Under the pieces are notes generated by a model. It was not told the origin of the DNA. It saw nothing but the letters and a program-made list of their open reading frames with translations, and did not search any database. DNA of 64,000 nt from Octopus sinensis (taxonomy: Eukaryota), in assembly GCF_006345805.1 (NCBI RefSeq), contig NC_043000.1, positions 77,066,001-77,130,000 on the forward strand. Reading direction: 5' to 3'. The position numbers and the translations under genes are program-made. Below, one piece after another: positions 63,945 to 64,000 of this stretch (position 1 is its first letter; every line of letters starts with the position of its first letter).

Positions 63945-64000
63945 TATTTTCATTATTTACATTATTTACACTTGACAGATATTTGTCTTCATCTTGTTTG
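63945..64000 (-). mobile_element. Start of another hammerhead-element arm at the window edge
   Basis: CATTATTTACAC TTGACAGATATTTGTCTTCATCTTGTTTG matches the arm end. Confidence 0.7.

Overview
AT-rich, microsatellite-laden eukaryotic DNA made almost entirely of transposable elements. The SINE repertoire suggests a coleoid cephalopod, probably Octopus (inference from recalled repeat families, not verified). Bases 1-9.9 kb hold two divergently oriented Tx1/L1-clade LINEs (zinc-knuckle ORF1; APE-RT-CCHC ORF2), followed by a probable ORF1-only derivative. The rest contains tRNA-derived SINEs, mariner/Tc1 relics, RTE, CR1/L2, Dong/R4 and CRE LINE fragments, Penelope-like (GIY-YIG) fragments, a Helitron, a Helentron-type HINE and several MITEs. 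The only host coding sequence I can support is a 90-nt signal-peptide exon (28414-28325, minus strand). Best leads: (1) a recurrent palindromic element whose two arms each carry a minimal hammerhead-ribozyme motif behind a tRNA B-box-like head and a (TAA)n tract, with a Penelope-like asymmetric tail and a TSD in one copy; (2) a 3' terminal motif shared by the Tx1 LINE, the ORF1-only element and a tRNA-SINE; (3) a hammerhead core variant (CUGUNGA) in two Penelope-type repeats; (4) a ~550-bp non-coding element found only as tandem dimers inside (TAA)n. All alignments were done by eye and boundaries are approximate.
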